The notes beneath the pieces were generated by a model that saw nothing but the letters and a program-made list of their open reading frames with translations, searched no databases and had not been told where the DNA came from. A stretch of DNA of 58,472 bases from a virus (Duplodnaviria > Caudoviricetes), in IMG/VR virus record IMGVR_UViG_3300043468_000545, positions 1 through 58,472 of that record; one strand, given 5' to 3'. Position 1 is the stretch's first letter; each line of letters opens with the position of its first letter. The translations under genes were made by a program, and so were the position numbers. Below, in pieces: positions 47,647 to 56,495 of this stretch.

Positions 47647-50004
47647 ATGTCAACATTAACAAACGATCTAGCCAGACTTGCAAATAGTGCTAACGTATTA
47701 GCGACTGCTATTACGGTAAATTCTAGTGCTATTACTTCTGTTAATGTTGGTGGTATTGCTATCAATTCTTCTGGTTTTAGTGGAGTTGCTAATCAGGCAA
47801 CATATGCTAATGGGTCTTTTACTAATACATTCACTGTAGGAACAGCAGCTTATTTCGTTGCTAATGGTAATATTGGGTTTGGGCAGAATAATCCTATTTA
47901 TCCTTTAGATGTTTATAAAAATGACTTAGGCGTTATAAGAGTTGGAGGCGGTTCAGGCACAAACCAAGGTGGCGCTTTTTATATAAAATATGCTAACGTT
48001 TCTTCTAATGAAACGTTAGCAGCATTCGGTGATGGCGCTAGAATCGTCGGAGGAACACCCGATCAGATTGTTACACTATATACTGGCATTGTACCATTAA
48101 ATTTTCACGTAAGTGGATCGGAACGCCTACGTATTTCAACCAATGGCAATATTGGGCTTGCTGCATGTACTACTCCAATAGCTCGTTTTGATGTCGGCTC
48201 TGTGACTGTAGCAAATACTCCAATGATGGTATTGGCTAGACCTTCTGGCGGCGATGTTAATTTCAATCTAGCAGCAAGTTCTGGATCAGGCACAGCAGTA
48301 AACACAGAATTTTGTAGATTAGGATTGTTATATTCTAATAATATTCATAATGCTGGTATAGGTTTTTATCGTGGAAACGATACCACTGGCGGTTATATGA
48401 CATTTAATGTCAATAACTGGGCAGAAGCTGTACGTATCGCTGCTAATGGTAATGTTGGTATTGGGACTAGTAATAATACAGCTAAATTTGCTGTTCAAGA
48501 ACTTGGACTTTCTGTGTTTAAAACATCTGTTAATTTGGTTACAGAATACACTGTGAACACTTCTGCTACGAGTTTATTTGATCATGATTTTTATGGAGGC
48601 GTTGCTGGTGGTAGTGGTTTTTATCGCATAAGAAAAGCTGGCGGAACTTTTGCATCTCCTACTCTCGTATCATCTGGTTCTGTTCTAGGTCGTTGGGGAG
48701 CTATGGGTTATGATGGCACACAGTTCCTAGATGCTGGTTTGATTAGAGTTGCAACTGACGGTACGCCAGCATCAAACAATATGCCTGGTGCTATTGAATT
48801 TTGGACAACAGAAACATCGACTCTGTCGCAAAAAATGAAAATTTCTGCCAATGGTAACGTTGGTATTGGAATTACTAATCCGCAAACTAAATTACATATA
48901 ATAAAAGATTTTGCTGCAAGTAGTCCTGAGTTTACAGGCGCACAACCTATGAAAAAAAGATGGGTGGCGACTGTCAGTCAAGGACCTAATGGTCATACTT
49001 ACAAAATTTGCACCATATCAAGGGATCCTATTAATTGGGGCGAACAGAGTCCAATAGAAATTATTGCAAGAAACACTTATTATGCTGGAGGATCATATTC
49101 AAGATGGGTATTTACGCACGGATATGGTATAGCTCCTTCTTTGGTATGCGTTGAAACTGGTGGCATTTCTGGTAACATTCCTAATCTTTATCTAGGATCA
49201 GAAGTAACAGTCAATAGTAATTTAAGATATACTCCTATATTCTGCGATTCTCCTTACTATAGACAATTTAATTTTGAAATTAGTCATAATTACCAAGAAG
49301 TATCTTCTATAACTGCTGCAAATCAAATTTTATTTGATAATACATATACTGCTAATTCTAGTGCTACGATGTATAGCGGTAATATGACGCTTGCTCCTAA
49401 TGGTGGAGGCGTTATTGTTAATGGAACTTCTTTTCTTTCTGGAATGAGTGGAACTTTTGCAGTAGGATCAGGTAGACAAATATCTATCGATGGCGGCAAC
49501 GGCGGAGAAATTCGTTTCAAAGGCGATACTGGTGGATGGGCGATGGGTTCATATGCTATTGGTAGTTCCGGAACCAATAGAGGTGGGTTTGGTTGGCTCG
49601 GCGGCGTAGACAGCGTTAGTTATTATTGGGTAGCAACAGCTTATAATGGCACTGGAGTTCAATTATCATATGGCGGTAATTCTTGGTCAACACTATCTGA
49701 TTTAAGAGATAAAAATGTATATAACAATATTGAAAACGCTCTTGATAAAATCAGTTCAATAAATTCAGTATATTATAACTATAAAACAGACGAAGAAGAT
49801 ACGCCTCGTCGTGTAGGTTTTATAGCTCAAGAAGTTCAAGCAGTTTATCCTGAAGCGGTAACAGAAATTCAGAGAGAAATTGATAATCCAACCGAAGAAA
49901 CTAAACGCCTTAGTTTGTCTTATACTGATATGATTCCTCTGCTTCTTCAGGCTATTAAAGAACTCAAAGAAGAGTTTGACGAATACAAAAGAACGCACCC
50001 CTAA
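47647..50004 (+). CDS. Tail fibre with a C-terminal Peptidase S74 intramolecular chaperone
   Basis: GNVGIG repeats; SDLRDK autocleavage motif; GFIAQEV..PEAV..Y..MIPLLLQAIKEL. Confidence 0.85.
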   Translation: MSTLTNDLARLANSANVLATAITVNSSAITSVNVGGIAINSSGFSGVANQATYANGSFTNTFTVGTAAYFVANGNIGFGQNNPIYPLDVYKNDLGVIRVGGGSGTNQGGAFYIKYANVSSNETLAAFGDGARIVGGTPDQIVTLYTGIVPLNFHVSGSERLRISTNGNIGLAACTTPIARFDVGSVTVANTPMMVLARPSGGDVNFNLAASSGSGTAVNTEFCRLGLLYSNNIHNAGIGFYRGNDTTGGYMTFNVNNWAEAVRIAANGNVGIGTSNNTAKFAVQELGLSVFKTSVNLVTEYTVNTSATSLFDHDFYGGVAGGSGFYRIRKAGGTFASPTLVSSGSVLGRWGAMGYDGTQFLDAGLIRVATDGTPASNNMPGAIEFWTTETSTLSQKMKISANGNVGIGITNPQTKLHIIKDFAASSPEFTGAQPMKKRWVATVSQGPNGHTYKICTISRDPINWGEQSPIEIIARNTYYAGGSYSRWVFTHGYGIAPSLVCVETGGISGNIPNLYLGSEVTVNSNLRYTPIFCDSPYYRQFNFEISHNYQEVSSITAANQILFDNTYTANSSATMYSGNMTLAPNGGGVIVNGTSFLSGMSGTFAVGSGRQISIDGGNGGEIRFKGDTGGWAMGSYAIGSSGTNRGGFGWLGGVDSVSYYWVATAYNGTGVQLSYGGNSWSTLSDLRDKNVYNNIENALDKISSINSVYYNYKTDEEDTPRRVGFIAQEVQAVYPEAVTEIQREIDNPTEETKRLSLSYTDMIPLLLQAIKELKEEFDEYKRTHP

Positions 50005-50035
50005 ATAAATAAAAACTTTTTCGTTAAGGGATAAA

Positions 50036-53000
50036 ATGGCACAGAACAGAGAATTAGGCGAACTTGGTCAGATAGTAACTGTCAACACTGCTTCTGAAAG
50101 CATTAACGTTGGCAATACTGTCATCCATACCAGCGGTATTACTGTTGGTAATACTTCTCTACATAGTAATGGTATTACTATTGGGGGAGTTAATGTAAAC
50201 GGTTCTTCTTTCTCTGGCACTTCCAATAACACTTTATTTGTTGGTTCTGTTTCTGCTGCTAATGTTGTATCAAACGCACAATTACAGTCTAATCTTGCTA
50301 ATTATTTGCCATTAACAGGTGGTACTATTACTGGCGATTTAATTGTTACTGGTACTACTTTTAGTGTCAATACAACAACTCTTGACGTCAAAGACCTTAA
50401 CATCACAGTCGCTAAAGGAGCAGCTTCGGCGGCTGCAGCTAATGGTGCTGGTATTACTGTTGATGGTGCATCGGCTACTCTCACATATGATAATGTTGGC
50501 AATACTTGGACCTCTAGTATTGGGCTAAAATCAACTAATCTAACGACTACAACTAATACAGTTACTATCGGAACATCAACTTACTTTTTGTCTAATGGTA
50601 GCGTAGGTATTGGAACGACAACTCTCGCCAGTACCAAGCTCGTTGTGAATGGTAACATTGCAACAATCGGCGGTGCAGCATCGGGTATCTCTCAAGCTGC
50701 CGGAACATTCTATTACGATATCGCTAATGATTATGCGGTAATTTCCTCTCTCTACAATGGCGTCGCGTGGAAACCTTTTGTTGTTCGTTCTGCTGGGATG
50801 TATTTTAAAACCAGCTCTGACGTTGAGGCCATGCGTATTGATAATGCTGGTAACGTAGGTATTGGAACTGCACCAAATCCTGCGTGGAAAGTCGTTGTTG
50901 ATAGCTCTAGTCTTTTCGGATCCGGATTATACGACTGCAGAAGTAATACAAACTTCCCGGTAGTTGGAACAAACAGAACAAGATCAGGAACAACTTCCGT
51001 TCAATCTGGTGACATTCTTGGTCGTTTTATGTTATCCGGTTGGACTGGAACTTCAACAGCAGGCGCTCATATTGAGGGTATTGCATCTGGAACAATATCA
51101 AATACGGCCTTGCCGATTGACATGCGTTTTTCAACAGTTCCTTCTGGTTCTGTTGTAGCATCAGAACGAATGAGAATAACAGCGGATGGTAATGTTGGTA
51201 TTGGGACCAGCAGTCCGACAAATTTGCTCCATTTGAAGAAAACAGGGCAGTGTTACCTCGATGTCGAAGGTTCTACTCAATCTGGTTTTATCTTAAGAAG
51301 AGGTGATGGAAGCAATGGTTATGCGATTCTTCGCTCTCTCCTTAATGACAATTCTCAAAACTTTGCCATTTATGATAGCGTAAACGCTGCAACAAGATTT
51401 TATATCAATAACAGTGGTGGTGTAGGAATTGGAACAACTACTTTTTCGGTGGGTTCAACGCTTGAGGTTGCAGGAAATGCATACTTAACTACTCCAACAT
51501 ACGCCTTTCTTGGTGTTAATAGCGGGACCGTCCAAGCGCAATTTGCAGCGAATGCCGGTGGCACAGTTGATGTGCGTGCTGTATCAAACCATCCTATGAC
51601 GTTCTTCACGAATAACGCTGAACGTATGCGTATCACCAGCGGTGGTGACGTTGGTATTGGTACTAGTACAATAAATGCTCGTCTTGCTCTTGGTGCGCTT
51701 GTATCAAATAAATTGTTTTCTCTTTATGACGACGGTACCAATCAATATGGCATGGGCATTGCTGGTTTTCAATATAGGTTGTTTGCTGCGGACAACGCTA
51801 GTGTTTGCTTAGGACAATATAACCGTGGAACAGACACATTCACTGAACGTATGCGAATTGATGCCTCGGGTAACGTTGGTATTGGCACCAATTCTCCCGC
51901 ATACAAACTGGACGTAGCAGGAGCGGCTAAAGTTGGAACAACAGCTAATCATACATTAAGATTTGGTGAACTAGGAACTTTAATTAGCGCAGACACTCAT
52001 TTATCGCATAATTTTTATTATAATTCCGGATGGGCTGTTATAAACACAGCGGTTCCTTCTTCTTCAATAAAATTGGGGTCGACTACATCTAATCAAATTG
52101 AATTTTTGTATGCTGCAGCTAACTCTATTGCAATATCTTCTTCGTTTTCGTTCAATAGTGCTGGAGTAGGGCAGACTTCCGGTTCTTGGCGTTCTCCGGT
52201 ATTCTATGATTCGGATAATACTGCATATTATGTTGATGCTGCTTCAACATCGAATCTAAATGGTCTGACCATAAACAGCGCCCTAACAGGTTTGGGCGCT
52301 AACTTTACTAATGATATTAGAATTTATAGAAATGGCGCAACGAATCAAGGCGTTATCTATTTTGCACAAACTGGTGACTATTATCTACACTGGACTAGTT
52401 CAAACTTTTATTTCAATGGTGGTTTTCTTCAATCAACTGGTTCTATGCGTTCGCCAATTTTTTATGATTCTGATAATACTGGATATTATGTTGATGCTGC
52501 TTCAACATCGAATCTAAACCAATTGCAAGTGATTGGTCTAACTGTAGGACAGGGTCAGACATCATCAACTATCACAATGTTTGATAGTGATAACGGAAAC
52601 AGATTCATTCATGCTAATTCAGGTAGATTAGGATTCTTGAATCTTGCTGCGGATGGTTGGTGGGCATGGAATGATAATGCTGGAAATTGGTTCTCTGCTT
52701 CTTCTATGCGTTCGCCGATCTTCTATGATTCGGATAATACTGCTTTTTTTGTTGATGCAGCATCAACATCGAATATGCATCAAATCAATGCTGGTGGTGG
52801 CACTCAAATTGTTCCTTCGCCAGGTTCTGGCGTCGCTTGGTTTAGCACAGCAGCATATGGTGTGTCACAAGGCGATAATAGAACCCATTTTGGTTATAAT
52901 GCTAGCGGAACCTATGTAAATTATATTCGTGGCTCCTATACCGAAATACATGGCGACGCACGATCACCAATCTTTTACGATTCAAATAATACAGGCTATT

Positions 53001-54811
53001 TTATTAATCCTGATGGAACATCTGTTCAGGTAAGTATTGACCTTAGAGGTAAAATTAATTTTCCGTCAGGTTCAGGCGGTGGTACTACTTTCTCTGCCAA
53101 TCATTACAGTATGGGTGAAGATATTGCTAATGGTGGATGGTCACATCCTCATTACTCGGACTTGATTATTGGTTACCATACCGGTATTCGTATTGGCGCT
53201 CATTACTCTGGTGTAAGATTCTATAGTGATTCACCAACAACGGATGCTAACAATGATGGAAATGGAGATAATGGTGAAACACTAATCATGACTGTTGGCG
53301 GTCATGCTGGTAGTCATTCTTTTGTTATTGCACATGCCTCAATGCGTTCACCAATCTTCTATGATTCGGATAATACTACATATTATACTGATCCTGCTTC
53401 TGGTTCAAGATTAGGAGGATTAGTAACATTCGATACTGCTTATGGTTCTTCGCGCCTACAAGATGGTATGGGGTTTGTTATTAATGGTAATTATACTAAT
53501 GGTCTATATAGTCATAGATTTAGAAAATGGGATGAAGGTAATGGCGTTCCTATGTATGTTCAATACACAACTGGAACTATCGGAACTTGGACTAATATAG
53601 CAAAATTTGGACCAGGTGGTAACGGAGAAACAGCAGAATTTTCAGTTTTTGGTTTTGGTTATGCCACTGGTTCGTGGCGAGCACCAATCTTCTATGATTC
53701 AGATGATACAGCACGTTTTATCGATCCTGCTAATGGAGGATTCAATCTTGTTGGCGGTACTAGTAATAGAGTTTCGTTTATATGCAACGATTCAGGTATC
53801 TTTGTAGGAAATGCCGAAGGTAATGGCGTCAATCATGTCAGACTAGGTGCAGCATGGGGCCGCCCAGGAGTTTACTCTCCAACGTATTTGAGTTTGATGG
53901 CAGATGGTAGTCAATATATTGAATTTGTTACAAATAATGTTCAAAGAGGATACGTTAATAATTCTTCGGATTTATATATCTATGGTTCTATGAGATCTGG
54001 TTCGTTTATTGATAATAACGATAGTGCTTGGTATGTAGATCCAGCAGGGTATACAAGAATTTCTGCTCTCCAATCCATTGGTACTAGTGGTAACTGGAAT
54101 ACAGATTTCCAAAATACTCCTAGTAATGGACTTAGATATACTGGAGACTTGAATAGCGGAACAAACTGTCCTACCGGTGGCGGCTGGTGGTTTCTACAAA
54201 ACTATCGCCACTCTAACTCTTCTAATTTTTGGGGCGTGCAGGTTGCTTGGGGTTGGGAAGATAGAGCCAACGAACTTTATACTAGAAACGTATCTGGAAA
54301 TAGTTTTGGCGGTTGGACTAGATATTGGAACTCTGCTAATGCTCCCGGCGCAATTCTACAAGTTCAGCAAACTCATTGGAGTGGAGTAGCTACTGTAGCA
54401 TCATCGTCGTTTGTTAATCATCCTAATCTTTCTGTATCAATTACACCAAGATCAACCAGCAGTAGAATTTTGATTATGGTTTCAATGCAAGCTACTGTTT
54501 ATAATCTAACCACACAATTAAGATTTACTAGAAATGATACACCTATTGGTATTGCGGATGCTGCTGGTTCAAGAGTTCGATCTACCTTTGGCGCTTTACC
54601 AACTATCGGAGACGGCAATCATCAATGGAATCCGTGGAATTTTCAGTTTCTAGATTCACCAGGAACAACCGCTGCTCTGACATATAGAATACAGTTGAAA
54701 ATGCAGGGTGGTACAACCGCATATCTCAATCGTTCTATTAATGATGCTGACAACACAGATTGGGCGCAGAGAACAACATCTACTATAACTGTTATGGAGA
54801 TTGCATCGTGA
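50036..54811 (+). CDS. Long modular tail fibre (1591 aa)
   Basis: ERMRI..GNVGIGT modules, seven RSPIFYDSDNT-type repeats, and a C-terminal GAILQVQQ..SITP.STSSRIL..STITVMEIA domain. Confidence 0.85.
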   Translation: MAQNRELGELGQIVTVNTASESINVGNTVIHTSGITVGNTSLHSNGITIGGVNVNGSSFSGTSNNTLFVGSVSAANVVSNAQLQSNLANYLPLTGGTITGDLIVTGTTFSVNTTTLDVKDLNITVAKGAASAAAANGAGITVDGASATLTYDNVGNTWTSSIGLKSTNLTTTTNTVTIGTSTYFLSNGSVGIGTTTLASTKLVVNGNIATIGGAASGISQAAGTFYYDIANDYAVISSLYNGVAWKPFVVRSAGMYFKTSSDVEAMRIDNAGNVGIGTAPNPAWKVVVDSSSLFGSGLYDCRSNTNFPVVGTNRTRSGTTSVQSGDILGRFMLSGWTGTSTAGAHIEGIASGTISNTALPIDMRFSTVPSGSVVASERMRITADGNVGIGTSSPTNLLHLKKTGQCYLDVEGSTQSGFILRRGDGSNGYAILRSLLNDNSQNFAIYDSVNAATRFYINNSGGVGIGTTTFSVGSTLEVAGNAYLTTPTYAFLGVNSGTVQAQFAANAGGTVDVRAVSNHPMTFFTNNAERMRITSGGDVGIGTSTINARLALGALVSNKLFSLYDDGTNQYGMGIAGFQYRLFAADNASVCLGQYNRGTDTFTERMRIDASGNVGIGTNSPAYKLDVAGAAKVGTTANHTLRFGELGTLISADTHLSHNFYYNSGWAVINTAVPSSSIKLGSTTSNQIEFLYAAANSIAISSSFSFNSAGVGQTSGSWRSPVFYDSDNTAYYVDAASTSNLNGLTINSALTGLGANFTNDIRIYRNGATNQGVIYFAQTGDYYLHWTSSNFYFNGGFLQSTGSMRSPIFYDSDNTGYYVDAASTSNLNQLQVIGLTVGQGQTSSTITMFDSDNGNRFIHANSGRLGFLNLAADGWWAWNDNAGNWFSASSMRSPIFYDSDNTAFFVDAASTSNMHQINAGGGTQIVPSPGSGVAWFSTAAYGVSQGDNRTHFGYNASGTYVNYIRGSYTEIHGDARSPIFYDSNNTGYFINPDGTSVQVSIDLRGKINFPSGSGGGTTFSANHYSMGEDIANGGWSHPHYSDLIIGYHTGIRIGAHYSGVRFYSDSPTTDANNDGNGDNGETLIMTVGGHAGSHSFVIAHASMRSPIFYDSDNTTYYTDPASGSRLGGLVTFDTAYGSSRLQDGMGFVINGNYTNGLYSHRFRKWDEGNGVPMYVQYTTGTIGTWTNIAKFGPGGNGETAEFSVFGFGYATGSWRAPIFYDSDDTARFIDPANGGFNLVGGTSNRVSFICNDSGIFVGNAEGNGVNHVRLGAAWGRPGVYSPTYLSLMADGSQYIEFVTNNVQRGYVNNSSDLYIYGSMRSGSFIDNNDSAWYVDPAGYTRISALQSIGTSGNWNTDFQNTPSNGLRYTGDLNSGTNCPTGGGWWFLQNYRHSNSSNFWGVQVAWGWEDRANELYTRNVSGNSFGGWTRYWNSANAPGAILQVQQTHWSGVATVASSSFVNHPNLSVSITPRSTSSRILIMVSMQATVYNLTTQLRFTRNDTPIGIADAAGSRVRSTFGALPTIGDGNHQWNPWNFQFLDSPGTTAALTYRIQLKMQGGTTAYLNRSINDADNTDWAQRTTSTITVMEIAS
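52189..54042 (+). repeat. Seven dispersed direct repeats encoding (M)RSPIFYDSDNT..Y.D
   Basis: Copies near 52189, 52445, 52706, 52961, 53342, 53678 and 53990; 36 nt identical between 52225-52260 and 52483-52518. Confidence 0.85.
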
Positions 54812-55158
54812 TAGCTAAAGCATTAGAAAAACTAGGTATAAATTATGTTCTTTCAGGAGAACCCACAAATGAACAAGAATTTAATTCTATGTTTAGAGTT
54901 ATTGTGGGCGAAGACGAACATGGTAGCGCCATTCTATCTGATGATCCTGCTAAATTTGGTATTACATGGAATGAACTTTGTATCGCTGCGCAAAATGCCA
55001 AAGATGAATTTGATTCTAAGGAATATCAACGTCTAAGAGCCTCTGAATATCCAGATTTCAAAGATTATCTTGATGGTGTGGTTAAGGGCGATCAGGCACA
55101 AATTCAGGCTTATATTGACGCTTGTTTGGCAGTTAAAGATAAATATCCAAAACCATAA
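54808..55158 (+). CDS. Tail fibre assembly chaperone-like protein
   Basis: YQRLRASEYP..YLD..AVKDKYPKP; GTGA overlap with the fibre stop. Confidence 0.7.
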   Translation: MIAKALEKLGINYVLSGEPTNEQEFNSMFRVIVGEDEHGSAILSDDPAKFGITWNELCIAAQNAKDEFDSKEYQRLRASEYPDFKDYLDGVVKGDQAQIQAYIDACLAVKDKYPKP

Positions 55159-55173
55159 TAAGAGGAAAATAAA

Positions 55174-55551
55174 ATGGCAGTTACATATACATGGAAAGTG
55201 ACCGGTCTCAAAACAACTACGATAAATAATACGTCAGATGTTGTAGTCCAGACATACTGGGAGAAGATTGGCAAAGACGGAGAGATTGAAGGCAAATTTT
55301 CAGGCGCTACTCCATTTACCGCCAATTCTATGCCAGCAGGAACAACATTCATACCGTTTTCTGAATTGACAGAAGAAGATGTTCTAGTGTGGATCAAAGC
55401 AGTTGTGGTTGGTTCTTATGAAGAACATGTCAACTCTCGAATTCAAAAACAGATTGACGAAAAGAAAAACCCAGTGATAGATGCAACACTACCATGGGCT
55501 CCAGCAAATACTGTTGCAAACACTACAACAAATACTACAGCAAATACTTAA
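55174..55551 (+). CDS. Fibre-associated small protein, paralog 1 (DUF7936-like)
   Basis: TYTWKV..W..G..FIPFSELTEEDVLVW..LPW. Confidence 0.7.
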   Translation: MAVTYTWKVTGLKTTTINNTSDVVVQTYWEKIGKDGEIEGKFSGATPFTANSMPAGTTFIPFSELTEEDVLVWIKAVVVGSYEEHVNSRIQKQIDEKKNPVIDATLPWAPANTVANTTTNTTANT

Positions 55552-55564
55552 TAGGAGAAATAAT

Positions 55565-55744
55565 ATGGATAAGAATGTAAAACTTGAATTGACAATTGAC
55601 CAGCTTAATGTTGTTATGCTCGGACTTTCTAAGTTACCATTAGAAACAGTTCTAGCAACTTTTACAGAAGTGCAGAAACAAGCTGATGCTCAACTAAGAG
55701 GCCCAAGACCCGAAGGCCCTCTTTCTGATAAAGTAATTAACTAA
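55565..55744 (+). CDS. Small helical protein, paralog of 4444..4617
   Basis: MDKNVKLELTIDQLNVVMLGLSKLPLE..QKQADAQL; AGGAG RBS. Confidence 0.7.
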   Translation: MDKNVKLELTIDQLNVVMLGLSKLPLETVLATFTEVQKQADAQLRGPRPEGPLSDKVIN

Positions 55745-55757
55745 AAGGTTATCACAC

Positions 55758-56084
55758 ATGGCTATTTCATACGAATGGATTATTTCACAACTAGAATGCT
55801 ATCCGGAAAAAGATAAGAAAAAAGATGTAGTATTCACAGTGCATTGGAGATATGCAGCCAAAGACGGTGAATATTATGCAGATGTTTATGGTTCTCAGGG
55901 TCTTAACGTCGACAATTTAAAAAATTTCACAGCATATTCAGATTTAACTAAAGAAGATGTTGTTGAATGGTTGGAAGAAACTATGGGCGAAGAAAAGATA
56001 GAAGGATTTCAGTCATCTTTAGCGTCAGCTATAGATAATTTAAAGAATCCTCCAGTAGTAACTCCGCCTCTACCTTGGGCATAA
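55758..56084 (+). CDS. Fibre-associated small protein, paralog 2 (DUF7936-like)
   Basis: SYEWII..VHWR..FTAYSDLTKEDVVEW..LPW. Confidence 0.7.
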   Translation: MAISYEWIISQLECYPEKDKKKDVVFTVHWRYAAKDGEYYADVYGSQGLNVDNLKNFTAYSDLTKEDVVEWLEETMGEEKIEGFQSSLASAIDNLKNPPVVTPPLPWA

Positions 56085-56099
56085 TATAAGGAGTTTAAG

Positions 56100-56465
56100 A
56101 TGCCTTTAACATACACATGGAATATTAAAAACATAAAAACCATGAAAGACGAATCTGGCGAAGATTTGGTTTCTGAAATTTATTGGGTTAAAACTGGCAA
56201 AGATTCAAAGGGCGTTGAAGGTTCTTTCGAAGGAGTTGTTTATGCTAATTCTATTCCAGTATTAGAGGAAGAAGAATCTAAGTTTATCCCTTACAAAAAA
56301 TTAAAAGAAGAGAATGTTCTTAATTGGGTCAAAAAAGTAGTTTCTTGTTACGAAGATCACATTGACAGAACTATTCAGAAACAGATTGATGAACAGAATA
56401 ATGTATTAGTTGACTCTCCTTTGCCATGGGTTTCTTCTGCTAAATCAGAAAAAACGTCTAAATAA
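56100..56465 (+). CDS. Fibre-associated small protein, paralog 3 (DUF7936-like)
   Basis: TYTWNI..IYW..FIPYKKLKEENVLNW..LPW. Confidence 0.7.
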   Translation: MPLTYTWNIKNIKTMKDESGEDLVSEIYWVKTGKDSKGVEGSFEGVVYANSIPVLEEEESKFIPYKKLKEENVLNWVKKVVSCYEDHIDRTIQKQIDEQNNVLVDSPLPWVSSAKSEKTSK

Positions 56466-56495
56466 TAAAAACAATACCATAGGGGATAGGGAACC

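Noticed and set aside
52189-54042. CRISPR array or invertible shufflon
   Set aside because: Repeats are degenerate, direct, 250-380 nt apart and inside one open frame; no recombinase or cas gene is seen
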